DNA of 61,524 nt, filler included, from Nitrospiraceae bacterium (GCA_002726235.1; 3 parts of 3 records of this genome joined end to end with filler, not necessarily neighbours in it), one strand, 5' to 3'; shown: positions 40,441 through 50,052, counted from the first letter of the whole stretch. A program made the numbers and translations. Notes: generated by a model from the letters alone, not told the origin.

Positions 40441-41980
40441 CGGATTCACGGCAATTCTTGACGCTGGAACGCGGCTTCAGGACGCCACGGCAGCGGCTGA
40501 GCAGCCCAAGGAAACCGTTAGCGCAGACAAGCAAACACGCAACGCATCGGAACTACAAACCGTGCTCATCAATCGGAAAGTAGCCACTCTTGCGGACCTC
40601 TCAGCTATTGACTATGACCGGTGCCGGCAAAGCGAAGCCAAGGCCCTGGGCATTCGGGTTTCAACGCTCGACGTGGCAGTGACCAAGCTTCGGCCATGCG
40701 AATCCCCTGAAGCAGATGACGGATTAGAATTTTTGAAAGATCCTGATCCATGGCCAGAGCCCGTGAATGGTAACGACCTGTTGAATGACCTTATCGAGTT
40801 GTTCTCTACGTATCTCGTCCTCCCTCGACACGGGGCACTTGTCTTGGCACTGTGGGTACTACACGCGCACGGCCTACAAGCGTTCTTTCATTCACCGCGA
40901 ATCAACATCAAGTCACCGGAGAAGGGATCAGGAAAAACGACATGTCTGGACATCCTTGCCGAGGTGTGTCCTCGTGCGCTTCGTCTCGATAGCGTGACCA
41001 CAGCCACACTGTTTCGACTCATTGATACGTATCAACCAACGATGTTGATAGACGAACATGATTCATTTTTACGAGACAACGAAGCGTTGCGCGGAGCCTT
41101 AAATTCAGGACATCGACGAGGGGGCATCTTCCCGCGGTGCGTTGGGGATGACAACACCGTCAAGCTGTTCAAGGTGTTCGCAGCAACAGTGCTGGCTGGA
41201 ATTGGTGATCTTCCGGGAACCTTGGTCGATCGATCAATTACCATCGACATGAAACGTGCTTTGCCAGATGAACTCAAAGCCCGGTATGACTCCCGCAAGA
41301 TCAACGATGATCTTAAAAGAAAAGCAGCTCGGTGGGCCGCTGACGCCTTACCGCAGCTCCAAGACGCTGATCCCGAGGTTCCCAGGCAGTTGTTCAACCG
41401 TGTCGCTGACAATTGGCGACCATTGTTTGCCATCGCCCATGTCCTAGGCGGGAGCTGGGAACAACACACTCGGGACGCCGCTGTCTCGCTATGTATGGGC
41501 GACACTGACCTGGAATCTGCTGGGGTTTCGTTGCTGGAAGATATCAAGGCATATTTTGGCTGCAATGGGCCGCAGATCAAATCCGATAATCTTGTGAACC
41601 ACCTCTCATCGCTCGAACATCGTCCGTGGCCGGAATGGAAAAAAGGAAAGCCGATCACACCACGTCAGATCGCAGTCCTCTTGAAACCGTTTCGGATCAT
41701 GTCCAAGACTATTCGATTCGGCGATACGACGGCCAAGGGATACGAAAAGGAGGCTTTTCTCGATGCCTTTTCTCGATACTTGGGTGAACCATCCGTAACA
41801 CCGTCACAATCCAGTATTGACGTGGCTTCTCGTGATTTTGGAAACGTAACACCGGATTCTAATGTTACGGATGAGAAAACGGGAATCCCCTTGGTAGGAG
41901 CGGGTTGTTACGCTGTTACGGATGAAAATGGGGGAGAGACCGGAAAACAGAAGAGGGATAAGGAGGTGATCGAAATATGA
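40430..41980 (+). CDS. DUF3631-domain P-loop ATPase (putative replication helicase/initiator)
   Basis: PDPWPEPVNG, SPEKGSGKTT Walker A, IDE Walker B, DNWRPLFAIA, RPWPEW...LKPF...KGY. Confidence 0.8.
   Translation: MQPDGFTAILDAGTRLQDATAAAEQPKETVSADKQTRNASELQTVLINRKVATLADLSAIDYDRCRQSEAKALGIRVSTLDVAVTKLRPCESPEADDGLEFLKDPDPWPEPVNGNDLLNDLIELFSTYLVLPRHGALVLALWVLHAHGLQAFFHSPRINIKSPEKGSGKTTCLDILAEVCPRALRLDSVTTATLFRLIDTYQPTMLIDEHDSFLRDNEALRGALNSGHRRGGIFPRCVGDDNTVKLFKVFAATVLAGIGDLPGTLVDRSITIDMKRALPDELKARYDSRKINDDLKRKAARWAADALPQLQDADPEVPRQLFNRVADNWRPLFAIAHVLGGSWEQHTRDAAVSLCMGDTDLESAGVSLLEDIKAYFGCNGPQIKSDNLVNHLSSLEHRPWPEWKKGKPITPRQIAVLLKPFRIMSKTIRFGDTTAKGYEKEAFLDAFSRYLGEPSVTPSQSSIDVASRDFGNVTPDSNVTDEKTGIPLVGAGCYAVTDENGGETGKQKRDKEVIEI
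41791..41924. repeat. Symmetric array of CGTAACA/TGTTACG repeats (putative origin)
   Basis: ATCCGTAACA-CCGTCACA, CGTAACA, TGTTACGGAT, TGTTACG-CTGTTACGGAT in inverted arrangement within the 3' end of the DUF3631 gene. Confidence 0.65.
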
Positions 41981-42306
41981 TGATTGAAGCCTCAGTGCCG
42001 CTTACGGTCAGAATCCGTGAACAGAACATGGATGTGGACTTAGAGCCTGGGCGACCCGTCGATTTTTCTGACGATCAAGCGAAGCGGATTGTGGCAAAGG
42101 CCCATGGTCTAGTCAGAGTGGTCACGCCACAAACCGCTGATCAGGAACCCACTCTGGAAGACTGGGTCACATGGCGGGATGCGGATGGGCGGCTCGGAAT
42201 GGGAGTCGTAACCGAGCCAATGTCAGGGATGGGCTACTACGTTGTCGGCGAGAACGGCGATGTCAGCGATATTGTTGCGGTACACAAGACATTGATCATC
42301 CGATGA
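41977..42306 (+). CDS. Hypothetical protein of the integrated element
   Basis: AAGGAGG RBS, ATGA overlap with the upstream gene, operon position. Confidence 0.6.
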   Translation: MMIEASVPLTVRIREQNMDVDLEPGRPVDFSDDQAKRIVAKAHGLVRVVTPQTADQEPTLEDWVTWRDADGRLGMGVVTEPMSGMGYYVVGENGDVSDIVAVHKTLIIR

Positions 42307-42320
42307 CCACTTGATCTCGC

Positions 42321-42710
42321 GTGTCCACTGAGCGGAAAAAGGCAGTGCAAATTAGGGCAACGAAACAGAGTAATGGCTCACTGATAAACAGTGGGGAAGC
42401 AGAGAGAAAATCACGGGGTCAAACCAACCTTAAACCGTTCCCAAAAGGGGTGTCGGGAAATCCAAAAGGGCGTCCCCCGAAGCACGACACTTTCACAAGT
42501 CTGCTCAAAGAAGAAATTGAGAAGCAGTGTCCTGATGACGCCTCCGGCAAGACATGGAAGGAATGCCTCGTTATTGCCACGCTGAAGTTAGCCATCAAAG
42601 GCAATGCCACGGCACTCAAAGAACTCTGGGATCGTGTGGACGGGAAGGTGCCGCTCCGGATGAACGAAGAGCAGGGCCCCCTTGAGATTATCGTTACGTA
42701 TGATCGCTGA
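42321..42710 (+). CDS. DUF5681-domain protein, putative terminase small subunit
   Basis: NLKPFPKGVSGNPKGRP motif followed by AIKGNATALKELWDRVDGK. Confidence 0.7.
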   Translation: MSTERKKAVQIRATKQSNGSLINSGEAERKSRGQTNLKPFPKGVSGNPKGRPPKHDTFTSLLKEEIEKQCPDDASGKTWKECLVIATLKLAIKGNATALKELWDRVDGKVPLRMNEEQGPLEIIVTYDR

Positions 42711-42712
42711 GA

Positions 42713-42812
42713 NNNNNNNNNNNNNNNNNNNNNNNNNNNNNNNNNNNNNNNNNNNNTTAATTAATTAANNNNNNNNNNNNNNNNNNNNNNNNNNNNNNNN
42801 NNNNNNNNNNNN
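42713..42812. other. Artificial contig linker
   Basis: N run with central TTAATTAATTAA. Confidence 0.98.
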
Positions 42813-42866
42813 AGCCGAACCGGGGCTGTGTGCGTGACACATCTGGGTGGGTTCTACACCCGGCAT

Positions 42867-42878
42867 GGCGGTAGCGTG
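42867..42878 (+). promoter_or_regulatory. ops (operon polarity suppressor) element
   Basis: Exact GGCGGTAGCGTG match to GGCGGTAGnnTG, preceded by the hairpin GGGTG-GGTTCTA-CACCC, at the head of a long co-directional polysaccharide cluster. Confidence 0.65.
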
Positions 42879-42923
42879 CCATGAACTTGATGTGAGCAAG
42901 TAAATGATCAGGTGGAGGCTAGC

Positions 42924-43037
42924 GTGAATGAGAAACAGTTTTTAGCTGAATATTTCGATCGCTACCGTCAGTCCATGACAACTCCTGATTCCTTAAACTC
43001 GGGAAGGTGGCCTGCATTGGATAAACTAGGCGACTAG
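42924..43037 (+). pseudogene. 37-aa leader ORF or truncated first gene of the cluster
   Basis: GGAGG RBS then GTG: MNEKQFLAEYFDRYRQSMTTPDSLNSGRWPALDKLGD-stop. Confidence 0.35.
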
Positions 43038-43161
43038 AAATGATGCACAGCGAGCTGTGTAGTTGTCAGGTCGCAGCAGACTTCGATGGGCACCGTGTTC
43101 GTCGACCTCGTGGCAGCGATGGGGATAAATTGAGTGGAAGTCATCACGACGGGTTTGGTGC

Positions 43162-44160
43162 ATGAGAACCATAGTGACAGGAGGTGCAGGGTTTATTGGC
43201 AGTCACTTGGTTGAGCGGTTGCTCGCCTTGGGGCACGAGGTCCGGGTACTAGACAATCTTTCAACCGGGCAGTTTGCTAATCTTGCTGCTGTCAGTGGAA
43301 ACTCTAATCTCGTGTTTCACCAGGTCGATCTTGTCGAACTAGAATCAATCCAAGGGGCATTCAAGGGTGTGGATGCTGTGTTTCACTTGGGCGCGTTGGC
43401 AGACATCGTGCCGTCAATCCAATCCCCGCTAGCATATTTTCATGCTAACGTACATGGCACGGGTAACGTTTTGGAGGCGGCAAGAGCAGCAAACGTTTCC
43501 CGCCTTATTTATGTTGCGTCTTCTTCCTGCTATGGCATACCGGACGTTTATCCTACTCCGGAGTCCGAACCGGTCCGACCGCAATACCCCTATGCATTAA
43601 CAAAATATCTTGGTGAAGAACTTGTGTTTCATTGGGGCAAGGTTTATGGATTGCCTGTTGTTTCTCTCAGACTGTTTAATGTGTATGGGCCGCGGGCTCG
43701 TACCTCTGGAACCTATGGTGCAGTGTTCGGTGTTTTTTTGGCACAAAAACTAGCTGGAAAACCGTTTACTGTCATAGGAGATGGAACCCAGGTACGCGAC
43801 TTCACTTACGTCTCTGACGTGGTCGAGGCATTGATTCTTGCATCTCGATCCGAAGAGGCGGTGGGGAGAGTATTGAATGTTGGTTCGGGGAAGACCTATA
43901 GCATCAACCAGCTTGTGACTCTTCTTGATGGTGAAGTGACTTATATTCCGAGGAGGCCTGGTGAGCCTGACTGCACCTGGGCGGATATCTCAAAAATTAG
44001 GAACACGCTTGGTTGGCGGCCTCAAGTATTGTTTGAACAGGGCGTAGCGCAAATGCTTGCCAATATCGAATATTGGCGGGAGGCCCCAGTCTGGGATCCG
44101 GAAAGTATCCGGGTCGCTTCGGTTGACTGGTTTAAATATCTTGGAGAAAAACATGGTTGA
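43162..44160 (+). CDS. NAD-dependent nucleotide-sugar epimerase/dehydratase
   Basis: TGGAGFIGSH, ASSSCYG, YALTK, FNVYGPR, RDFTYVSD. Confidence 0.9.
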   Translation: MRTIVTGGAGFIGSHLVERLLALGHEVRVLDNLSTGQFANLAAVSGNSNLVFHQVDLVELESIQGAFKGVDAVFHLGALADIVPSIQSPLAYFHANVHGTGNVLEAARAANVSRLIYVASSSCYGIPDVYPTPESEPVRPQYPYALTKYLGEELVFHWGKVYGLPVVSLRLFNVYGPRARTSGTYGAVFGVFLAQKLAGKPFTVIGDGTQVRDFTYVSDVVEALILASRSEEAVGRVLNVGSGKTYSINQLVTLLDGEVTYIPRRPGEPDCTWADISKIRNTLGWRPQVLFEQGVAQMLANIEYWREAPVWDPESIRVASVDWFKYLGEKHG

Positions 44161-44328
44161 TGGTGCACATCAACACAGCTGTCCATTTCTTGGCACTGAT
44201 CCATCCCGCCTTGTTACGGTATTTATCACTCACATATAATCTATAATCCGATGTGGGTGTTTTTCGCGCCTTGCCTGATAGACTCCTTGACGCCCATGAG
44301 CTGTAAGTTTATTTCGATGTGAATACTT

Positions 44329-45846
44329 GTGAACAGTAAGGTCGTGAAATTGGAAGCGTTGCCGGAGGTGCTCAAGCCATTGAGGATCACTGGGAAGCAT
44401 ATCGTGCATTGTCACGGTGTCTTTGACGTTCTCCACCTTGGACATGTTAAGCATTTCCGAGCTGCAAAGAAATATGGTGATGTTCTGGTTGTGACCATTA
44501 CAGCGGATGAGTTTGTGAAGAAGGGGCCCCATCAACCGGTCTTTACGGCTGACCATCGTGCCGAAGCCATTGCTGCGCTAGAGATTGTGGATTATGTGGC
44601 GATCAATAAATGGGCGACTGCGATGAAAACGATAGAGCTTATTAGGCCTGATTGTTATGTGAAAGGAAAAGAGTATAGGGAACACGGTGACGACATTACT
44701 GGTGGAATAACGTTTGAAAAGACTGCAGTTGAGGCTGGGGGAGGAACGATCATTTACACCGATGAAGAGACGTTCTCTTCTTCAAATATTATCAATAAAC
44801 ACCTCCCAATCCTCTCTGACGAGGCGAAGTCATTTCTCACCACGTTTACCTCACGGTATACGGAGCAGAACGTCTTTGAATTTCTTTCTCGCCCCAACGC
44901 GTTTCGCGTGGCGGTAATTGGGGAGACCATTATTGATGAGTATCAGTATGGTCGTTCAATTGGGAAATCAGGCAAGGAGGCAATCATTGCGCTCAAACAT
45001 GTCGAGACCGAGCTTTTTGCTGGAGGGGCCGTTGCCATTGCTAATCACGTCGCCTCTTATGTAGATGAGGTCACGCTGTATACAGCCTTTGGTGCAAATG
45101 ACGAGCACGCAGATTTTCTTCATCGGAAGGTTTTGCCCAACGTGCGGATTGAGCGAATTCTTAAGAAAGAGAGTCCAACGATCGTCAAACGGCGATTTCT
45201 TGAATCACAACCAATGGTGAAACTGTTTGAGATGTATGAGATCAATGACGATCCTCTCGATCTCGATCAAATGCAGGAGTTCATGACGTTGTGCTCTGAT
45301 CTCGACAAGTTCGACATGGTCTTTGTGGCTGATTTTGGTCACGGTCTGCTCTCTAAACCACTCATTGACTTTGTTACCGCGAAGGCGCGATTCCTTGCAG
45401 TGAATACTCAAACTAATGCAGGCAATACTGGATACAACACTATCGGAAAATATTCGTCGGTGGATTATGTCTGTATTGATGAGCCGGAGTTGCGCTTAGA
45501 GACACGGAATAGGTATGGCAGTGTGGAGGAGCTAATTGCGGTAATGACAAAGACCACCCGTTCTCGCAAGGTGATCATTACGCGAGGTCTCAACGGATGT
45601 TTGGGATTTAGTGAACGCGAGGGGTATGTCAAAGTTCCTGCCTTTGCATCCACCGTGGTGGATCGTATGGGGGCCGGAGATGCTTTTTTGTCAATTACAG
45701 CTCCTCTTGTCGCTGCTGAAGTTCCCATGGATGTTATTGCGTTCATTGGCAATGTTGTTGGCGCGATTGCGGTTGGGATGGTAGGCAATCGTGAGCCAGT
45801 CTCCAAAATCCCACTGCAAAAAGCTATTAGCGCCTTGTTGAAATAA
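44329..45846 (+). CDS. Bifunctional cytidylyltransferase-like / PfkB kinase (HldE-like, reversed domain order)
   Basis: N-terminal HGVFDVLHLGH; C-terminal IGETIIDEY, DFGHG, VDRMGAGDAF. Confidence 0.88.
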   Translation: MNSKVVKLEALPEVLKPLRITGKHIVHCHGVFDVLHLGHVKHFRAAKKYGDVLVVTITADEFVKKGPHQPVFTADHRAEAIAALEIVDYVAINKWATAMKTIELIRPDCYVKGKEYREHGDDITGGITFEKTAVEAGGGTIIYTDEETFSSSNIINKHLPILSDEAKSFLTTFTSRYTEQNVFEFLSRPNAFRVAVIGETIIDEYQYGRSIGKSGKEAIIALKHVETELFAGGAVAIANHVASYVDEVTLYTAFGANDEHADFLHRKVLPNVRIERILKKESPTIVKRRFLESQPMVKLFEMYEINDDPLDLDQMQEFMTLCSDLDKFDMVFVADFGHGLLSKPLIDFVTAKARFLAVNTQTNAGNTGYNTIGKYSSVDYVCIDEPELRLETRNRYGSVEELIAVMTKTTRSRKVIITRGLNGCLGFSEREGYVKVPAFASTVVDRMGAGDAFLSITAPLVAAEVPMDVIAFIGNVVGAIAVGMVGNREPVSKIPLQKAISALLK

Positions 45847-45875
45847 ACACACCACCGTTACTGCTCTGAATTGAT

Positions 45876-46883
45876 ATGAGGGAGTCCAAGGGAACTGTTG
45901 CGATTACCGGGGGAGGCGGGTATGTAGGGAGTGTACTCGTCCCGGATCTCCTTGATGCGGGATATCGGGTAAAAGTCCTTGATCTATTTCTTTATGGGGA
46001 TAAGATTTTTGATCGATATTCTTCTGAGGATGGGCTGGTTTGCATCAAGGGGGATGTCCGCGATCCGTCGGCTTTGGATGACGTTTTTTTTGGCACAGAT
46101 GCTGTTATTCATCTGGCCTGTATTTCGAATGATCCGAGTTTTGAACTCAACCCTGCTTTGGGAAAGTCGATAAACCTGGATGCGTTTGGCCTTATTCTTG
46201 ACGCATTGGAAAGGTCTTCAGTACGACGATTTATCTACGCGAGCTCATCGAGTGTTTATGGTTTGCGTGGAGAACTAGATGTGACGGAGAAATCCCCCAC
46301 GACCCCGCTTACGGATTATTCGAGATTCAAGCTTGAATGTGAGTATAAACTTCAGGAGTGGAATAACTCGACTGGGGTTATCTGGACAATTGTGCGGCCT
46401 GCGACAGTCTGTGGGTATGCTCGACGTTTACGCCTCGATCTCACAGTCAATATCTTGACTATACATGCGTTAGAGAATCAAAAGATCAAGATTTTTGGTG
46501 GAAAACAACTCAGACCCAATATTCATATCAACGATATGAGTCGCGTGTACCGTCTGCTATTGGATGCGGACAAGGAATCTCTTCGCAGGCAGGTATTCAA
46601 TGCTGGATATCAGAATGACACTGTGGAGAACATCGCGATGAAGGTCAAAACTGTTATAGGTGATGAAAAGATTGAGCTGGAGTATGTTCCATCTGCGGAC
46701 ACGCGGTCCTATCACGTGAATTCAGAGAAAATTAAGTGTCAGCTTGGGTTCGAGGCGCAATGTACGATCGAGGACGCTATTCGGGGATTGACTGATGCTT
46801 ATCGTCAGGGGTTGATACAGGATGGTCTCGAAAACCCGCTCTATCATAATATTAAACGCATGCAGGAACTCGTGTTGCAGTGA
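45876..46883 (+). CDS. Extended SDR nucleotide-sugar epimerase/dehydratase
   Basis: TGGGGYVGS, HLACISNDP, ASSSSVYG, YSRFK, RLRLDL. Confidence 0.88.
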   Translation: MRESKGTVAITGGGGYVGSVLVPDLLDAGYRVKVLDLFLYGDKIFDRYSSEDGLVCIKGDVRDPSALDDVFFGTDAVIHLACISNDPSFELNPALGKSINLDAFGLILDALERSSVRRFIYASSSSVYGLRGELDVTEKSPTTPLTDYSRFKLECEYKLQEWNNSTGVIWTIVRPATVCGYARRLRLDLTVNILTIHALENQKIKIFGGKQLRPNIHINDMSRVYRLLLDADKESLRRQVFNAGYQNDTVENIAMKVKTVIGDEKIELEYVPSADTRSYHVNSEKIKCQLGFEAQCTIEDAIRGLTDAYRQGLIQDGLENPLYHNIKRMQELVLQ

Positions 46884-47845
46884 ACCTGCGAGTTGAGGAA
46901 AAACTTTTGCTCTATCGGCAGTGTTTACGTATTCGTCTCGTTGAAGAGGCGATTGCTGAACGGTATGTAGAGGGGGAGATGCGGTGTCCAGTTCATTTAA
47001 GTATTGGCCAAGAAGGCATCGCCGTGGCGGTGTGCGGCAACCTCGAACAAAGTGATTATGTGGTAAGCAACCATCGTTGTCATGCCCACTACCTTGCAAA
47101 AGGGGGCGATTTGAATGCGATGATCGCTGAAATTCATGGAAAGGCAACCGGCTGTGCAAAAGGCATCGGAGGATCCATGCATTTGATTGATCTTGCTGCA
47201 GGGGTTCAGGGGTGTACGCCAATTGTAGGTAGTGCCATTCCGCTTGGTGTAGGGGTTGCATTTGGAGTTGCTCTCAAAGGGGAGACTCGGGTAACAGCAT
47301 TGTTCTTTGGAGATGCGGCTATCGAGGAAGGGGTATTTCACGAGAGTATGAATTTCGCGTCGCTTAGCAAACTGCGTGTTCTTTTTGTGTGCGAAAATAA
47401 CCTCTACTCTGTGTATACCCACTTAGATAGTCGCCAGCCAAGTCGAGAACTGACTCGGATGGCTCAGGCCCATGAGATGGAGCACCACCACTTGGATGGA
47501 AATGACGTGGAATCGTCCTATTTTCGGTTGAACGACATCGTGGCGTCGATGCGGCGGGAAGCACGGCCAATTTTTGTGCAATTGGATACCTATCGATGGC
47601 GGGAACATTGTGGCCCTCACTATGATAACCATTTGGGCTACCGATCTGAAGAGGAGTTTTTGTCATGGAAAGACAGAGACCCTATTGATCGGATGGTTCG
47701 CGAACTGAAGCAATCGGGCATCCCTGACTCTTTTTTCAGCGGTCTAGAGCGTGAGTTCATGAAGGAGATCGATGCGGCGTTTGCGTTTGCACAAACGTCG
47801 CCCTTCCCGCATAAGGGGCAGCTTGGGCGACATGTCTACAAGTGA
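46880..47845 (+). CDS. TPP-dependent dehydrogenase E1 alpha-like subunit
   Basis: HLSIGQEG, HRCHAHYLAKG, GGSMH, GDAAIEEG...CENN TPP motif. Confidence 0.9.
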   Translation: MNLRVEEKLLLYRQCLRIRLVEEAIAERYVEGEMRCPVHLSIGQEGIAVAVCGNLEQSDYVVSNHRCHAHYLAKGGDLNAMIAEIHGKATGCAKGIGGSMHLIDLAAGVQGCTPIVGSAIPLGVGVAFGVALKGETRVTALFFGDAAIEEGVFHESMNFASLSKLRVLFVCENNLYSVYTHLDSRQPSRELTRMAQAHEMEHHHLDGNDVESSYFRLNDIVASMRREARPIFVQLDTYRWREHCGPHYDNHLGYRSEEEFLSWKDRDPIDRMVRELKQSGIPDSFFSGLEREFMKEIDAAFAFAQTSPFPHKGQLGRHVYK

Positions 47846-48917
47846 AGTGGTAAAGACGGAACGGATTCTCACCTTTGCGGAGGCTATCCGAGAGGCGCAA
47901 GTGCTTGCGATGGAACGCGATGATCGCGTGTTTATTATTGGGGAAGGCGTGCCTGATCCAAAAGGGACATTCGGTACGACAACTGGGCTAAGAGATCGCT
48001 TTGGTTCTACGCGAGTGATGGACATGCCGGTGTCGGAGAACGGCATGACTGGGATTTTGATTGGAGCGGCGTTAGTCGGGCTCCGTCCGATCATGACCCA
48101 CCAGCGAATGGATTTCATGACTTATTCAATGGAGCAGTTGCTGAATAATGCTGCGAAGTGGCACTACATGTTCGGAGGGCAGCAATCGGTGCCATTGGTC
48201 GTTCGAGCTGTCGTTGGGCAGGGATGGGGGCAGGGGCCGCAACACTCACAAAATCTTCATACCCTCTATGCTCATATTCCCGGTCTCAAGGTCGTTATGC
48301 CGTCGACGGCGTGCCAGGCCAAAGGGCTCTTATTAGGAGCGATTGCTGATCCAAATCCGGTGATATTCATTGAGCATCGGTGGCTGCATGGCACCAAAGG
48401 TTCTGTTCCGGAAACCTATTACGAAATTAAGTTAGACAGCGCAGAGTTGGTAAGCCAAGGAGATGATCTGACGATTGTAACTCATTCGCTCATGGCTCTT
48501 GAAGCTCGAAAAGTGCTGCCTCGTCTCAAAGACATGGGTATTGGTGTGGACCTCATCGATCTCAGGACGGTGCGGCCATTGGATCAGGCAACCATCTTGA
48601 CGTCTGTCAGAAAAACTCATCGGCTGCTGGTTGTCGATACGGCATGGAGAACCTATGGTCTGGCAGCCGAAATTATTGCATCTGTCGTGGAGCAAGGCAT
48701 TCGACTTTTGAGTTCTCCGCAGCGTATCACCTTGCCCGATTATCCGGTCCCTTCAAGCCCTGGGTTGACACGAAGCTATTATCCCAATAGTTGCACTATC
48801 CTTCGCAAGGTCAATGCAATGTTTGGGGATGTGGTTGACAGCGATGACTTTGAACAAGACTGGGCGCATCTGGTGCACGCCGATATCCCTGACAGTTCAT
48901 TCACCGGGCCATTTTGA
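47832..48917 (+). CDS. TPP-dependent dehydrogenase E1 beta-like subunit
   Basis: DMPVSENG, GQGPQHSQ, IPGLKVVMPS, PVIFIEHR, IDLRTVRPLD. Confidence 0.9.
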   Translation: MSTSEVVKTERILTFAEAIREAQVLAMERDDRVFIIGEGVPDPKGTFGTTTGLRDRFGSTRVMDMPVSENGMTGILIGAALVGLRPIMTHQRMDFMTYSMEQLLNNAAKWHYMFGGQQSVPLVVRAVVGQGWGQGPQHSQNLHTLYAHIPGLKVVMPSTACQAKGLLLGAIADPNPVIFIEHRWLHGTKGSVPETYYEIKLDSAELVSQGDDLTIVTHSLMALEARKVLPRLKDMGIGVDLIDLRTVRPLDQATILTSVRKTHRLLVVDTAWRTYGLAAEIIASVVEQGIRLLSSPQRITLPDYPVPSSPGLTRSYYPNSCTILRKVNAMFGDVVDSDDFEQDWAHLVHADIPDSSFTGPF

Positions 48918-48927
48918 AGGTCGCGTG

Positions 48928-50028
48928 ATGGTTCCCTACGTCAATTTGTCTGCGCAGCACGCGCCACTCAAGGTTGAGTTGCTTGATGCCGTGAAGCATA
49001 TCTTAGAACATGGACAGTTCGTTCTTGGCACTGAAGTCGACCAGTTTGAAAATCAATTTGCACAGTTATGTGGGACGCGTTTTGCGGTTGGAACGAACTC
49101 CGGAACAGATGCACTGATCCTTGCCCTCCGAGCTTTGGAAATTGGAGATGGACATGAAGTTGTCACCGTTCCCAACTCCTTCGTCTCTACAACCAGTTGC
49201 ATCATGCTTGTCGGTGCCCGGCCAGTCTTCGTTGATGTGCAGGGCGACTACAACATGGATCCGGCTCAACTGGAACGGGCGATTACATCGAGGACACGCG
49301 CGATCTTGCTGGTGCATATGACGGGTCGTCCAGCCAGCATGAACGAGATCATTCATGTTGCCGAACAACACGGCGTTCCTATCATTGAAGATTGTGCCCA
49401 AGCTGTGTTAGCCGAATATGATGGTCAGCGGGTCGGAGGAATTGGAACGATTGGTTGTTTTAGCCTTCATCCTTTGAAGACGCTCAATGCCTGTGGTGAT
49501 GGTGGCGTCATCACCACCAACCGTGAAAGGCTTCAAGAACGCGTAAGGCTTCTGGGAAATCTTGGCCTGAAGAACAGAAATGACTGTGTTGAGTGGAGTG
49601 GAAACTCGCGGTTGGATACATTGCAGGCAGCGATTTTGCTTGTGAAGCTTCGGTATATTGAGGATTGGACTGAACGACGTCGGGCAAATGGGGCATACTA
49701 TCAAAAGGCCTTGAGGGACGTTGCAGGAGTGCAAGTTCCTGAGGATAGTCCTCATGAGCGGGCCGTGTATCACACATTTGTGATTCAGGCAGATCGGCGG
49801 AATGAGTTGAAGGATCATCTCGAATTGCGAGGCATCGGTACGGCAATTCACTATCCCACTCCGATCCATCTGCAATCTGTCGCGGCCACTCTTGGTTATC
49901 ATCGTGGATCGTTTCCTGTGGCCGAACAACAGGCAGATCAAATCTTGAGTTTGCCCGTGTACCCAGAGTTAACTGAGGTGGAGTTGGAAGCCGTTGTGAT
50001 GGGTATCCGTGAATTTTATCATGCTTAG
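48928..50028 (+). CDS. DegT/DnrJ/EryC1/StrS sugar aminotransferase
   Basis: NSGTDAL, IEDCAQA, SLHPLKTL (PLP Lys), NSRLDTLQAA, IHYPTP. Confidence 0.92.
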   Translation: MVPYVNLSAQHAPLKVELLDAVKHILEHGQFVLGTEVDQFENQFAQLCGTRFAVGTNSGTDALILALRALEIGDGHEVVTVPNSFVSTTSCIMLVGARPVFVDVQGDYNMDPAQLERAITSRTRAILLVHMTGRPASMNEIIHVAEQHGVPIIEDCAQAVLAEYDGQRVGGIGTIGCFSLHPLKTLNACGDGGVITTNRERLQERVRLLGNLGLKNRNDCVEWSGNSRLDTLQAAILLVKLRYIEDWTERRRANGAYYQKALRDVAGVQVPEDSPHERAVYHTFVIQADRRNELKDHLELRGIGTAIHYPTPIHLQSVAATLGYHRGSFPVAEQQADQILSLPVYPELTEVELEAVVMGIREFYHA

Positions 50029-50052
50029 CTGTGAGAGAAGGGAAGGGTATTG

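Larger units (their letters stand above)
38453..42712. mobile_element. Integrated phage-satellite/PICI-like element (partial, runs off the contig)
   Basis: att site plus a divergent regulator/excisionase pair, primase Zn domain, DUF3631 ATPase and terminase-small-like gene. Confidence 0.75.

Noticed and set aside
42713..42812. Apparent link between the satellite and the glycan cluster (cluster as cargo)
   Set aside because: Separated by the artificial linker; contig order is unknown.
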